In this document: positions 10,984-23,764 of the stretch, one piece after another
How the letters are laid out: each line of letters opens with the position of its first letter
Numbering within the stretch: the first letter of the stretch is position 1
Source of the DNA: Pristiophorus japonicus
Lineage: Eukaryota
Assembly: GCF_044704955.1 (NCBI RefSeq)
Contig: NC_091993.1
Coordinates: 16,430,001 to 16,494,000 of the forward strand
DNA length: 64,000 nucleotides
Direction of reading: 5' to 3'
Notes under the pieces: generated by a model
Told to the model about the DNA's origin: nothing
Database searches by the model: none
The model's input: only the letters and a program-made list of their open reading frames with translations
Program-made: the position numbers and the translations under genes

Positions 10984-13900
10984 TGTTATGCATGTAAACC
11001 TGTAAATACTATGTCTAGCCACCAGAGGGCTTGTCTCCTGGGGTCCCAGGGGATTCCACGGTCCCTTGGGAGCACCTGAATATAAGGAGGCCTCACAGGC
11101 TGCAGAGGCACTCTGAGATCTGTAATAAAGGACTATGGTCATACCTTACTTTGAGCTTGCAGTACCAGTCTGACTCTTTATTCAAGACGTAACAACTGGC
11201 GACGAGATACAGATGACGAACCCCACCGCAACAATGCAGAGAACTGAGGGCACCCTGGAGAAATTTTCGGAGGGAGACGATTGGGAAACCTTTGTGGAGC
11301 GACTCGACCAATACTTCGTGGCCAACGAGCTGGAAGGAGAAGCGAACGCTGCCAAACGAAGGACGATCCTCCTCACCATTTGCGGGGCATCAACGTATGG
11401 CCTCATGAAAAATCTGCTCACTCCAGCGAAACCCATAGACAAGTCGTACAATGAGTTGTGCACACTGGTCCGGGAGCATCTAAACCTGAAGGAAAGCGTT
11501 CTGATAGCGAGGTATCGGTTCTACACGTACAAGAGATCTGAAGGCCAGGAAGTGGCGAGCTACGTCGCCGAGCTAAGGCGCCTTGCAGGACATTGTGAAT
11601 TTGAAGGACACTTGGAGCACATGCTCAGGAACTTCTTTGTACTTGGCATTGGCCACGAAGTAATACTTCGCAAACTTTTGACTGTAGAGACCCCAAACTC
11701 GAGCAAAGCCATAGCGATAGCCCAGGCGTTTATCGCCACCAGTGACAATACCAAACAAATTTCTCAGCACACTAGTGCTGCTGCAAGTACTGTGAACAAA
11801 GTAACGTTGTTTTCGAATCGAAATGTACATGGCAGGACTTATATGCACATCCACAGATGACTCAGAGTCCACCATCAAGGCTGATGAATACTTGGTTGGT
11901 GCTGCGGGAGTGATCATCGTTTCCATTCATGCAGCTTCAAAAGGATACGTTTGCATTGTGGAACAATGGGACACCTCCAATGCATGTGCAAACCCTGCTA
12001 ATCCTGCAAACCAACATGTTGCAGAGGAGACAGATCCACAGTGGATCACGACGAATCAGAGTCTCAGACTGAGGAGGCAGAAGTATATGGGGTGCACACA
12101 TTTACCACAAAGTGTCCCCTGATAATGCTGAAGATTGAATTAAATGGACTCCCAGTGTCCATGGAGCTGGACACGGGTGCAAGCCAGTCCATAATGAGCA
12201 AAAAGACTTTCAATAAATTGTGGTGCAGCAAGGCTTCAAGGCCAGTCCTGACTCCCATTTGTACCAAACTGTGAATGTACACAAAGAAACTGATTTCTGT
12301 AATTGGCAGTGCTACTGTAAAGGTCTCCTACGATGGGGCGGTGCACGAGTTACCACTCTGGATGGTACCGGGCGATGACCCCAAGCTGTTCAGCAGGAGT
12401 TGGCTGGGACAGATACGCTGGAACTGGGACGACGTCCGAGTGCTTTCGTCCGTCGGCGACACCTCATGTGCCCAGGTCCTAAGCAAGTTCCCCTCGCTAT
12501 TCGAACCAGGCATCGGGAAGTTCCAAGGAGCAAAAGTGCAGATCCATTTGATTCCGGGGGCGCATCCATCACAAGACGAGAGCAGTACCGTACATGATGA
12601 GAGAGAGGGTGGCGATCGAGCTGGACAGGCTGCAACGAGAGGGCATCATTTCGACGATCGAATTCAATGAGTGGGCCAGTCCTATTGTTCCAGTCCTCAA
12701 GGGAGACGGCACCATCAGAATCTGTGGTGATTACAAAGTAGCTACCAATTGTTTCTCACTGCAGGATCAATACCCACTACCAAAAGCAGACGACCTATTT
12801 GTGACGCTGGCGGGAAGGAAAATGTTCACGAAACTTGACTTGACCTTGCCCTACATGATGCAGAAGCTGGAGGAATCATCGAAAGGCCTCACCTGCATCA
12901 ACACGCACAAAGGTGTCTTCGTTTACAACAGATGCCCGTTTGGGATTCGATCGGCTGCGGCGATATTCCAGAGGAACGTGGAAAGCTTGCTGAAGTCAGT
13001 CCTGCGCACCGTGGTCTTCCAGGACCACATCTTGGTTACAGGTCGGGACACCGTCGAGCACCTGCAGAACCTGGAGGAGGTTCTTAGTCGGCTTAATCGT
13101 GTGGGGCTCAGGTTAAAATGCTCGAAGTGCGTTTTCCTGGCACCTGAAGTGGAGTTCCTGGGGAGAAGAATTGCGGCGGATGGTATCAGGCCCACCGATT
13201 CGAAGACGGAGGCAATCTAGAACCCACCGAGACCACAGAACGTGACGGAGTTGCGGTCGTTTCTAGGACGCCTGAACTATTTTGGTAACTTCTTACCGGG
13301 TCTTAGCACATTGTCAGAACCACTCCACACTAATACTGCGTAAAGGAGATGTGGGGTAAAAGCCAAGAAAATGCCTTTGAGAAAGCTAGGAAGCTGTTAT
13401 GTTCAAACAAATTGCTTGTGTTGTACGATCCATGTAAACGTTTGGTACTAACATGTGATGCGTCGTCGTACGGGGTCGTGTGTATTGCAACAAGCTAATG
13501 AATTTGGGAAATTGCAACTGGTTGCTTATGCATCCAGAAGTCTGTCTAAGGCCGAGAGGGCCTACAGTATGATCGATAAAGAAGCGTTAGCATGTGTTTA
13601 TGGGGTAAAGAAAATGCATCAATATCTGTTCGGGCTCAAATTCGAATTGGAAATCGACCATAAGCCACTTATATCCCTCTTTTCTGAAAGTAAGGGGATA
13701 AATACGAATGCATCAGCCCGCATCCAGAGATGGGAGCTCACATTGTCCGCATACAACTATGCCATCCGCCACAGGCCAGGCGCAGAAAACTGTGCCGATG
13801 CTCTCAGTGGGCTGCCATTGCCCACCACAGGGGTGGAGATGGCACAGCCCGCAGATTTAGTCATGGTAATGGAAGCATTCGAAAGTGAGCAATCACCTGT

Positions 13901-14228
13901 TACCGCCCGACAGATTAGAACCTGGATGAGCCAGGACCCTTTACTGTCCTTAGTAAAAAACTGTGTACTCCACGGGAGTTGGTCTAGTGTCCCGTTAGCG
14001 ATGCAGGAAGAAATAAAGCCGTACCAGCGGCGCAAAGATGAAATGTCTATACAGGCAGACTGCCTGCTATGGGGTAATCGGGTAGTGGTGCCAAAAAAGG
14101 GCAGGGAAACCTTCATTAGTGATCTCCACAGCAACCACCCAGGCATTGTAATGATGAAAGCGATAGCCAGATCCCACATGTGGTGGCCCGGTATCGATGC
14201 AGACTTAGAGTCCTGTGTGCACAAATGT
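10984..14228 (+). mobile_element. Ty3/Gypsy (Mag-like) LTR retrotransposon: 5' LTR, PBS, gag, protease, RT, RNase H; truncated in the integrase zinc finger; decayed
   Basis: LTR 10984-11194 TGTTA...TAACA with AATAAA; PBS TGGCGACGAG at 11197 (complementary to the 3' end of tRNA-Ser(GCU)); gag W..F.ERL..YF.AN; protease LDTGA; RT RICGDYK and PFG, catalytic motif mutated to FQDH; several stops and frameshifts. Confidence 0.94.
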
Positions 14229-14542
14229 AGTCCTTCTTTACATATGCATGTTGCAGCTCGATGACATCATTGATACGGTGGGGTGGCTTGACCCATCCAC
14301 GTCCATGGCACGAACCTGGTATTGCAGTACTTCCAGGAACGGTGCAGTGGCTCTCGGCCTTTTGGCTAAGAGCATTGGCGCAGAGTGATCCTTGAATGGG
14401 CCCAAGGTGACCTCTGGCGTTTGTGATTTGACAAAGAATTGGAACGATTGGCTACGAATTTCAAAAAAAAAAAGACATCATTGAGACTGTCATTTTAACA
14501 CAGGCCAGAGTGGAGAATCCACCTGGAGCTAAAATCGGGGCC
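14229..14542. mobile_element. Right-end remnant of a MITE (paralogues at 24850-25100 and 28015-28270) that hosts the U2-derived insertion
   Basis: Shared tccttctttaca.atgcatgttgc...gatgacatcattgag...cctggag.taaaatcggggcc. Confidence 0.7.
14274..14473 (+). mobile_element. U2 snRNA-derived chimeric retroposon (SINEU-like) with A11 tail and 11-bp TSD
   Basis: 14314-14346 matches the U2 3' stem-loop IV region at 32/33; 14352-14374 matches U2 nt 7-29 at 22/23; TSD gacatcattga at 14263-14273 and 14474-14484. Confidence 0.88.
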
Positions 14543-14867
14543 AATATCACTATATGCTGTGACTAAGCTTTGTCAATACAATATAGGTTTGTTTCCAGTA
14601 GTCAATAAGGAGAAATAAAATTAATGCATTAAAAAAACTGGTCCTATTTTGGCTGATTCTGAATAGTAGTTCCACAATTACCTCCACAGGTTCTCCCGAA
14701 TAAACCATTAACAAATGACTGCTATACATCTGAAGAAATTTAAAGACAAGATGATCACATCAAAACACTGAACGTAACTAGAGCTTAGTCCACTGTATTT
14801 TGTAATTGATTTGAATATTGATACCTAAGATCCAAGAAAAAGGAACCATTCAGAAGTGTAATTCTGA

Positions 14868-15329
14868 AAAAAAGAAAAAGACTGAGGAGTTATATAGCCT
14901 TTCGTGACCACCGGATGTCTCAAAGCACTTTATAGCTGATGAAGTACTTTTGGAGTGTAGTCACTGCTGTAATGTGGGAAACACGGCAGCCGACTTGCGC
15001 ACAGCAAACTCCCACAATCAGCAATGTGATAATGACCAGATAATCTGTTTTTGTTATGTTGATTTGAGGATAAATATTGGCCAGGACACCGGGGATAACT
15101 CCCTTGTTGTTCTTCAAATAGTGCCATGGGATCTTTTACATCCACCTGAAAGAGTAGACAGGCCCTCAGTTTTATCGTCTAATCTGAAAGACAGTACCTC
15201 CGACAGTGCAGCGCTCCCTCAGCACTGCACTGGAGTATCAGCCTGGATTTGTGTGCCTGGAGTGGGATTTAACCCACAACCTTCTGAGTCAGAGGTAAGA
15301 GTGCTGCCCACTGAGCCATGGCTGACACT
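14868..15329 (-). mobile_element. Full-length Deu-domain SINE (SacSINE1-like)
   Basis: tRNA-like head with B-box gggttaaatccc, Deu core gatcccatggcactatt...ccccggtgtcctggcc, L2-type tail ggctatataa. Confidence 0.8.
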
Positions 15330-15711
15330 TACAATTTTACAAGTGCAAGTTTAAGCATGTAGTAATCAAGGGCACGTGAGATGGAGCCACAGATACAGTT
15401 ACTGCAGCAGTAACTTTGCTAACATATAGACCTCAATGTTTAAAGTATATTTCTTATCATCATTATGGAATTAATAAGAACTAAATGTTATCAATTTAAA
15501 TATGAAGTGATGTTTTAAATCTTTGTGGCTCGGGTGAATAATATTAAACATCATGTCCAAAATAACCTGATACAGAAATTTATTTATTGCAAAACTAGAC
15601 TGTTGATTTATGACATACGACCAAGGGGTCAAGATGCAAATGTGATCTGCTCCAGAAAGTTTACTAAGATTAAAATACTCTGGACCCAGAGCTTTACTGC
15701 ACATTTGAACT

Positions 15712-16170
15712 TGTCTATTATCTGGAACCTTCTCTAAAGTTTTCAAATCCCTTCATGGCACCACCCCTCCCTCTCTCTGTAAACGACTCCAGCCCACAAC
15801 CCCCCGAGATGTCTGCGCTCTTCTTATTCTGCCCTCTTGAGCATCCCTGATTATAATCACTCAACCATTGGTGGTTGTGCCTTCTGTTGCCTGGGCCCTA
15901 AGCTCTAGAATTCCCTGCCTAAATCTCTCCACCTCTCTTTCCACCTTTACGATACACCTTTGACCAAGCTCCTATCCTACTTATGCGGCTCGGTGTCAAA
16001 TTTCTTTTTTATATTACTCCTGTGAAGAAGCTCACCACCATCTTCTCATGGGCAATTTGGGATGGGCAATAAATGCTGGCCATCCAGCGACACCCACATC
16101 CCGTGAACAAATTTAAAAAAAGGACATTTTACTACATTAAAGGTGCTATATAAATACAATTTGTTGTTGT
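15712..16170 (+). mobile_element. L2 LINE 3' end with a nested LINE-tail fragment at about 16025-16120
   Basis: Same family as 3313-3955; ends ggtgctatataaatacaatttgttgttg; the insert equals the tail at 46705-46800. Confidence 0.7.
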
Positions 16171-17336
16171 AAAGTTCCTTGACATACCAATTTGTGGCTG
16201 TGTGTGCGTGTTATTTTGCTTAATTTTTACATTTACTAGGTTTAACTGTTACATTTTACATGTTACATTTATTATGTTATTACAAGAAGCAAATTCTAAA
16301 TGCCACCAAATTTTAGTTCATCCTGCAACGATAGGTCTTCTATGTCATTAGACAACTGCCCTTAATATCTGTTCAACAGAGTAGCAATATCACTGGAATC
16401 ACCTGATACACAAAATGGTTTCTGCCTCCAAACTACAACCCCACTCCCTCCCTCCGCCCCCCCTCCCCCTCACACAGCTGAAATTATGGTAGGTCACATT
16501 CTTATAATGATGAATTGATTCTGTCTCCGGGTATGTACCTTCCAATGTGGCCTAAAGAATGTGTTGCATGAGTCACCTCCCTCCCAACCATCCATCGCTG
16601 GTCTTATGGAGCTATATGAACTGTGCTTACTTAACCCGAGTGCTGGTGTTTGTGGGGAAGACGGAAAGCACTTCTTTACACAAAAGGGCAGTGGGAATCT
16701 GGAACTCTATCCTCAAAAAGCTTAGGTCATGGAAAATTTCAAAACTGAGACTGGTAGGTTTTTGTTGGGAAAGAGTATTAATGATTACGGAACCAAGGCG
16801 GATAGATGGAGTTAAGATATAGTTCAGTCATCATTAATTGAATTAGAACAGGTTTGAGGGGCTGAATGGCCAACTCCTAGTGCCATGTTCTATTTGCCAT
16901 GTGCATTTTTCCCAATAGTTCCGATGTAAGATGTGATCAGGAGAAATAACCGTTAAATAGTTTTATGAACATCATAGGGAACAAGTGCAATTTGCAAAGA
17001 TATATGTTTAGCAATTAAATAATAGATGGTACTTAGTGTAGAATAATACTATGACGGGATCTACTTTGTCACAAACCAACAAACGTAAGCTGACAGTAGC
17101 CTTCTCATTCTGAAACTAAACAAACGAACAAACTCAGCCTTGCTGGTTATTTTTGTAAATGAATGCCCCTAAATTTCAAAACAAAAGTAAAATATTGAAG
17201 AAACCGACACTGCAATACAGTGGGGCAGGGATGGACATTGGGTCAAGTGAAGATCGAGCCATAAATGCATTGTACATCATTTTGACATTTATCCGTCTGT
17301 CCATATGCTTAACTTGAGTACTATTGTCCCATGCTG

Positions 17337-17795
17337 TGCCTCAGTGGGTAACACTCTCGCCTCTGACTCAGAAGGTTGTGGGTTCAAGTCCCACTCCAGG
17401 GATTTGAGCACAAAAAAATCTAGGGGGCTGACACTCCAGTGTGGTTCTGAGGGAGCGCTGCACTGTCAGAGGTGTCGTCTTTCGGATGAGACGTCAAACC
17501 GAGGCCCCGTCTGCTCTCTCAAGTAGACATAAAAAAATCCTATGGCACTATTTCGAAGAAGAGCAGGGGAGTTATCCCCAGTGTCCTGGCCAATATTTAT
17601 CCCTCAATCAACATAACAAAATATACAGATTATCTGGTCATTGCCCCATTGCTTTTTGTGGGAGCTTGCTGTGCTCAAATTGGCTGCCGCGTTTCCTACA
17701 TTACAACAGTGACTACACTTCAAAAGTACTTCATTGGCTGTAAAGCGCTTTGAGACATCTGATGGTCATGAAAGGTGCTATATAAATCCAAGTTT
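17337..17795 (+). mobile_element. Full-length Deu-domain SINE
   Basis: B-box gggttcaagtccc, Deu core, tail aggtgctatataaat. Confidence 0.82.
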
Positions 17796-18530
17796 TCATT
17801 CTTCTCATGCTCACACTTCTCAATCTCATTAAAAGATCTGATAATATTAAAGAAGTGAAGTTTCCTCTTCCTCATGGTTGGTGTAACAGATTCAGAACCG
17901 TTCGTTACAGAGAGCAAGAGGAACCGCCTGGAAAGTTGCCCACATATGATAGCAACAACGTGCATTTATATAGTGCCTTGCATTTAAAAAAAAAACAACC
18001 AAATCAAAAACGACTTTGCCTGGATGTGAAAGTGGCTGCATTGTTGCACCTTTAATTTTCTGGAATTGTCCACTTTAGTACCTTTCCCAGGAGTTTTGAG
18101 GCGAGAAGGCGGCAATGTCCTTCCCGCTCCCACACTGCACTATTATTCCCACTTCTTTAGGCGGTGTGGTTGCAACTTAACGGGTGTTGAGCCTGACTCA
18201 CCGGGTTAGTGAACGATGCCTCTGGTTGGCCCTTGTGATGAATCACTATAGCCCACTGCTGTAGCTGCTAATATTGTTGAAGCCACCAACTCATTCAATA
18301 AGCATTCTGCTATTACAGCTGCTTAGCACCAAGCTCTGTGCTAAGCTGCCTCATAATGATAGCTTTCATAATAAGAGAAGGTTGTTTTGAAGACTTGTGG
18401 GGGTGGCAATTTGAATCAAAGCCATTTTGATATCTCCAACAAATTTCAGCTGTTAGGACATAAGCAGCTCCAAAAATACATTCATATTTTGTGACATTTT
18501 TATTATAACCATGGTTACATGTTTCTTTAG

Positions 18531-18582
18531 GTTCGAATATTACTGGATTTGTGCAACAGCACGAGGGGAATTTGTTTAACAG
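18531..18582 (+). CDS. GLDN: Gliomedin coding exon (first in window, probable exon 2): VRILLDLCNSTRGICLT-G
   Basis: tttag|GTT...ACAG|gtatg, 52 bp; matches the vertebrate gliomedin segment IRVMVDLCNSTKGICLTG just before the collagen domain; phase 1 links to the next exon. Confidence 0.93.
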
Positions 18583-19082
18583 GTATGTTTCTGAAAAGAT
18601 TCTCACTTTGCATGGAATATCAGAGTGGAAAATTGAAATATATTAAATGTGTTTACGATCTATGAACTGCTCTTCAATGTTCTGAATATAGCATTTTGAT
18701 AATTCTTAGAAAATATGTTGATGGTAAAGTCAGGATTCCTGCGATGTCTTATGGAACTAGACATAAATTGGTTGGTGTTATTACGGGAGTGTTAATGGGA
18801 CAGCTGTGTGGGGGTGTCATAGCAACCTGCAAGATTGCTTGTCTAAATTATCATGACTGGGCTGATGTGAACTTTAATAGCCTGCTAACTGTAAACAGCA
18901 CTGATGCACTACAGCTCTGATAAAATCTATGGTGCATGATAGTATTTGTTTAAATCATTCATTTAATTTCTGTGATATATTAATGATCTTGGAAATATGA
19001 ATGCTTCCATGAATTTCTTGTTTTGAAGATAGTGGTTTCTGCTTTCACGTAAATGGACAGCTTTAGAGATAATGGTGGCAGG

Positions 19083-19286
19083 AGAGAGCTGTGGAGGCTG
19101 GGTCATTGAATATATTTAAGGTGGAGATAGACAGATTTTTGAAGGATAAGGGAGTCAAGGGTTATGGGGAGCGGGCAGGGAAGTGGTGTTGAGGCCAAGA
19201 TCAGATCAGCCATGATCTTATTGAATGGCGGAGCAGGCTCGAGGGGCCAAATGGTCGACTCCTGCTCCTATTTCTTATGTTCTTAT
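19083..19286 (+). mobile_element. CR1 LINE 3' tail
   Basis: gatcagccatgatcttattgaatggcggagcaggctcg...ttcttatgttctta; related tails at about 3956-4130, 6198-6372 and 16670-16890. Confidence 0.75.
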
Positions 19287-19567
19287 CAATGAAAGGTCCA
19301 CTTTTATAATAAGAACATTTGTGGGAAGTTTTACAAATGGATCTTTACAGAAGTGGTTGAATGGGTAAGGTAATCCTTTACAAGGTTCGCACATAAGGAT
19401 GTTTGTTAATGAAGATTTTGTTGAATTTGAAACTGTGCCATCTTTGACGTATTCGGGGTGAAATCCCTCAGAGCTCTTCCTGCTCCGCTGGCCTTACTTC
19501 GCCGGTTGTGTGGTGGGAACCCCCCTACCCGTGTAAACAGGGTTTCTCCTGCACTTCCAGTGATGGA

Positions 19568-21735
19568 ATAGAAACATAGAAAATAGGTGCAGGAGTAGGC
19601 CATTCGGCCCTTCGAGCCTGCACCGCCATTCAATGAGTTCATGGCTGAACTTGCAACTTCAGTACCCCATTCCTGCTTTCTCGCCACACCCCTTGATACC
19701 CCGAGTAGTAAGGACTACATCTAACTCCTTTTTGAATATATTTAGTGAATTGGCCTCAACAACTTTCTGTGGTAGAGAATTCCACAGGTTCACCACTCTC
19801 TGGGTGAAGAAGTTTCTCCTCATCTCGGTCCTAAATGGCTTGCCCCTTATCCTTAGACTGTGACCCCTGGTTCTGGACTTCCCCAACATTGGGAACATTC
19901 TTCCTGCATCTAACCTGTCTAAACCTGTCAGAATTTTAAACGTTTCTATGAGATCCCCTCTCATTCTTCTGAACTCCAGTGAATACAAGCCCAGTTGATC
20001 CAGTCTTTCTTGATATGTCAGTCCCACTATCCTGGGAATCAGTCTGGTGAACCTTGGCTGCACTCCCTCAATAGCAAGAATGTCCTTCCTCAAGTTCGGA
20101 GACCAAAACTGTACATAATACTCCAGGTGTGGCCTCAGCAAGGCCCTGTACAACTATAGCAACACCTCCCTGCCCCTGTACTAAAATCCTCTCGCTATGA
20201 AGGCCAACATGCCATTTGCTTTCTTAACCGCCTGCTGTACCTGCATGCCAACTTTCAATGACTGATGTACCATGACACCCAGGTCTCGTTGCACCTCCCC
20301 TTTTCCTAATCTGTCACCATTCAGATAATAGTCTGTCTCTCTGTTTTTACCACCAAAGTGGATAACCTCTCATTTATCCACATTATACTTCATCTGCCAT
20401 GCATTTGCCCACTCAACTAACCTATCCAAGTCACTCTGCAGCCTCATAGCATCCTCCTCGCAGCTCACACTGCCACCCAACTTAGTGTCATCCGCAAATT
20501 TGGAGATACTACATTAAATCCCCTCGTCCAAATCATTAATGTACGATGTAAACAGCTGGGGCCCCAGCACAGAACCTTGCGGTACCCCACTAGTCACTGC
20601 CTGCCATTCTGAAAAGTACCCATTTACTCCTACTCTTTGCTTCCTGTCTGACAACCAGTTCTCAATCCACGTCAGCACACTACCCCCAATCCCATGTGCT
20701 TTAACTTTGCACATTAATCTCTTGTGTGGGACCTTGTCGAAAGCCTTCTGAAAGTCCAAATATACCACATCAACTGGTTCTCCCTTGTCCACTCTACTGG
20801 AAACATCCTCAACAAATTCCAGAAGATTTGTCAAGCATGATTTCCCTTTCACAAATCCATGCTGACTTGGACCTATCATGTCACCTCTTTCCAAATGCAC
20901 TGCTATGACATCCTTAATAATTGATTCCATCATTTTACCCACTACTGATGTCAGGCTGACCAGTCTATAATTCCCTGTTTTCTCTCTCCATACTTTTTTA
21001 AAAAGTGGGGTTACATTGGCTACCCTCCACTCCATAGGAACTGATCCAGAGTCAATGGAATGTTGGAAAATGACTGTCAATGCATCCTCTATTTCCAAGG
21101 CCACCTCCTTAAGTACTCTGGGCTGCAGTCCATCAGGCCCTGGGGATTTAGCGGCCTTCAATCCCATCAATTTCCCCAACACAATTTCCCAACTAATAAG
21201 GATTTCCCTCAGTTCCTCCTTCTTACTAGACCCTCTGACCCCTTTTATATCCGGAAGGTTGTTTGTGTCCTCCTTAGTGAATACCGAACCAAAGTACTTG
21301 TTCAATTGGTCTGCCATTTCTTTGTTCTCCATTATGACTTCCCCTGATTCTGACTGCAGGGGACCTACGTTTGTCTTTATTAACCTTTTTCTCTTTACAT
21401 ATCTATAGAAACTTTTGCAGTCCATCTTAATGTTCCCTGCAAGCTTCCTCTCGTACTCTATTTTCCCTGCCCTAATCAAACCCTTTGTCCTCCTCTGCTG
21501 AGTTCTAAATTTCTCCTAGTCCCCAGGTTCACTGCTATTTCTGGCCAATTTGTATGCCACTTCCTTGGCTTTAATACTATCCCTGATTTCCCTTGTTAGC
21601 CACGGTTGAGCCACCTTCCTTTTTTTATTTTTACGCCAATTGTTGTAGTTCATCCATGTGGTCTCTAAATATCTGCCATTGCCCATCCACTGTCAACCCC
21701 TTAAGTATCATTCACCAATCTATCCTAGCCAATTC
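19568..21735 (-). mobile_element. CR1-clade (HER1-like) LINE, 5'-truncated ORF2 and tail
   Basis: ORFs 20514..21479 and 19659..20153 with [44 protein letters not shown] motifs; tail ttctatgtttctat. Confidence 0.93.
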
Positions 21736-21844
21736 CTAGCCAATGGCGGCAGAACAGGAGCAGCTCTGAGGAATTTCCTGGCCACTGTCTTAACCTTAGT
21801 CAGTAAGGGCAGTGTAAGAAGGGCAATGAATGGAACAGCTTCAT

Positions 21845-22450
21845 GTACACACATGCTCACATGCACCCACACACACGCACACAGTCCCATCCACCCCCAC
21901 ACACACGCACGCACACACACACAGACCCATCCACCCACACACACGCACACAGTCCCATCCACCCCCACACACACGCACGCACACACACACAGACCCATCC
22001 ACCCACACACAAGCACACAGTCCCATCCACCCCCACACACACGCGCGCGCACACACAAAGACCCATCCACCCACACACACANNNNNNNNNNNNNNNNNNN
22101 NNNNNNNNNNNNNNNNNNNNNNNNNNNNNNNNNNNNNNNNNNNNNNNNNNNNNNNNNNNNNNNNNNNNNNNNNNNNNNNNNNNNNNNNNNNNNNNNNNNN
22201 NNNNNNNNNNNNNNNNNNNNNNNNNNNNNNNNNNNNNNNNNNNNNNNNNNNNNNNNNNNNNNNNNNNNNNNNNNNNNNNNNNNNNNNNNNNNNNNNNNNN
22301 NNNNNNNNNCACAAGCACGCACACAGTCCCATCCACCCCCACACACGCACCCACTCACGCACCCACACACATGCGCGCACACACACACACACCCATCCAC
22401 CACACCTACACGCACACATGCACACCCACTCATACATGCACACACACACC
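21845..22450. repeat. CA-rich minisatellite, 68-bp period, spanning an assembly gap (N 22082-22309)
   Basis: agtcccatccaccccc recurs at 21883, 21951 and 22019, and again after the gap. Confidence 0.9.
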
Positions 22451-22794
22451 TTTGCTTTAATGAGATGCTAATAAAACTGCACAGAAGCACTTATCAGTAA
22501 TGAAGCAGGTAATCTGCTTACTGCACTGTGCCCCTTTTTTACTAATTTACAAAACAATAAATTAATTATTTTTATGTTGAATAAATATTGAAAATAATGA
22601 ATGAAAAGAGAATAAGTTTTTATTTAAACATTTAATTTGATATGCATAATTTATTGTGCTTGTGACAGGAAATAGGTTGTTTTTAGATAGTTTTAGTTAC
22701 TGACTGCCCTTTTAAATCCAGTCAGTACATAAGCAGTTTAAAAATAAACACTGCATTTCAGTGAAGTACCAAACTTATTTTGAAAGGTTGTTGC

Positions 22795-23168
22795 AAGTAT
22801 GTGAGTGTGTAAATGTGAGAGAGAGTTTGTGTGAAAGAGTGAGTGTGAATGTAAGTATGTGTGACAGAGTGAGTGTGAATATGTGAGAGTGTATGAGTGT
22901 GTGAATATGTGAATGTGTGTGTGTGAGGGGATGAGTGTGTGTGTGTGAGAGAGTGAATGTGAATGTGAGTATGTGTGAGAGAGTGTAAATGTGTGAGAGA
23001 GTGAGCATGAATATCTGAGTGTGTCTGTGAGGAAATGAGTGTGAATGTGTGAAGGTGTATGTGAGAGTGTGGATATGAGAGAAAGTGAGTGTGAATGTGT
23101 GTGTGAAAGTGTGTATGTGTGAGAGTGAGAGTGTGTGTGTGAGTGTAAGTGTGAGTGTGAATATGAGA

Positions 23169-23209
<41 letters not shown>

Positions 23210-23260
23210 AGTGAGTGTGAATGTGGGCCCGAGAGAGTGTGTACATATGTGAGAGAAAGT
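22795..23260. repeat. Degenerate (TG/AG)n microsatellite
   Basis: Direct inspection. Confidence 0.92.
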
Positions 23261-23764
23261 GTATTTAAAATTTTTTTGAATTTGAGAGCTCAGATATTCA
23301 AAATTCTGAAAATATTGTTCTATTAAATTATGGCGGGGAGGGAGTCAGAAACCCCACAAGGAGAGAGTCTGAAATCTCAGGGAGGCAGCCAGTCAGTGTC
23401 GGTCAGTATCGGTCAGTGTGATATTCCTGAAAGAAAGGAGAAATGCTGGGGGCATTTTTAAATTCCAGAGTAAATTGAGCTGGGAAGGAGTTGGTGTGGG
23501 TCCTGGCCATTCTCGTGGTCGGGCCTCATTTATATTAATTCGGTAAGATGCCCGACATGGGGCTGATTTTCACTGGCCGAAGTCGGTTCACGCCAACAGT
23601 CTGCTCGCTGATATTCCTCACAGGGGCCGCATCATAGGCTGTCCGAGCACCCACCTGTTTCAGGCAGTGGGCCTCTTTACGGTGCAAATCGAGGACTTAT
23701 GCTGTAGTTAAGGCTCTGTCTGCAACTTTCAAGGAGACATGGGTGGACTGGCAGAGCGCGCCAA

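Noticed and set aside
11213-14228. Active or domesticated Gypsy gene
   Set aside because: Multiple stops and frameshifts, FQDH instead of a DD catalytic motif, truncated integrase
14314-14374. Functional U2 snRNA gene
   Set aside because: Lacks the branch-point recognition region and Sm site, pieces are permuted, and it has a poly(A) tail and TSD
17337-17400. tRNA gene (GGTTCAAGTCCC B-box; also near 29655 and 56500)
   Set aside because: tRNA-derived SINE heads followed by the Deu core; no complete cloverleaf
1-18530. GLDN first exon (transmembrane segment, furin site) or CYP19A1 exons expected from synteny
   Set aside because: Not found; they probably lie upstream of the window
21658-23326. 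Long His/Thr- and Cys/Val-rich ORFs
   Set aside because: Microsatellite and N-gap artefacts
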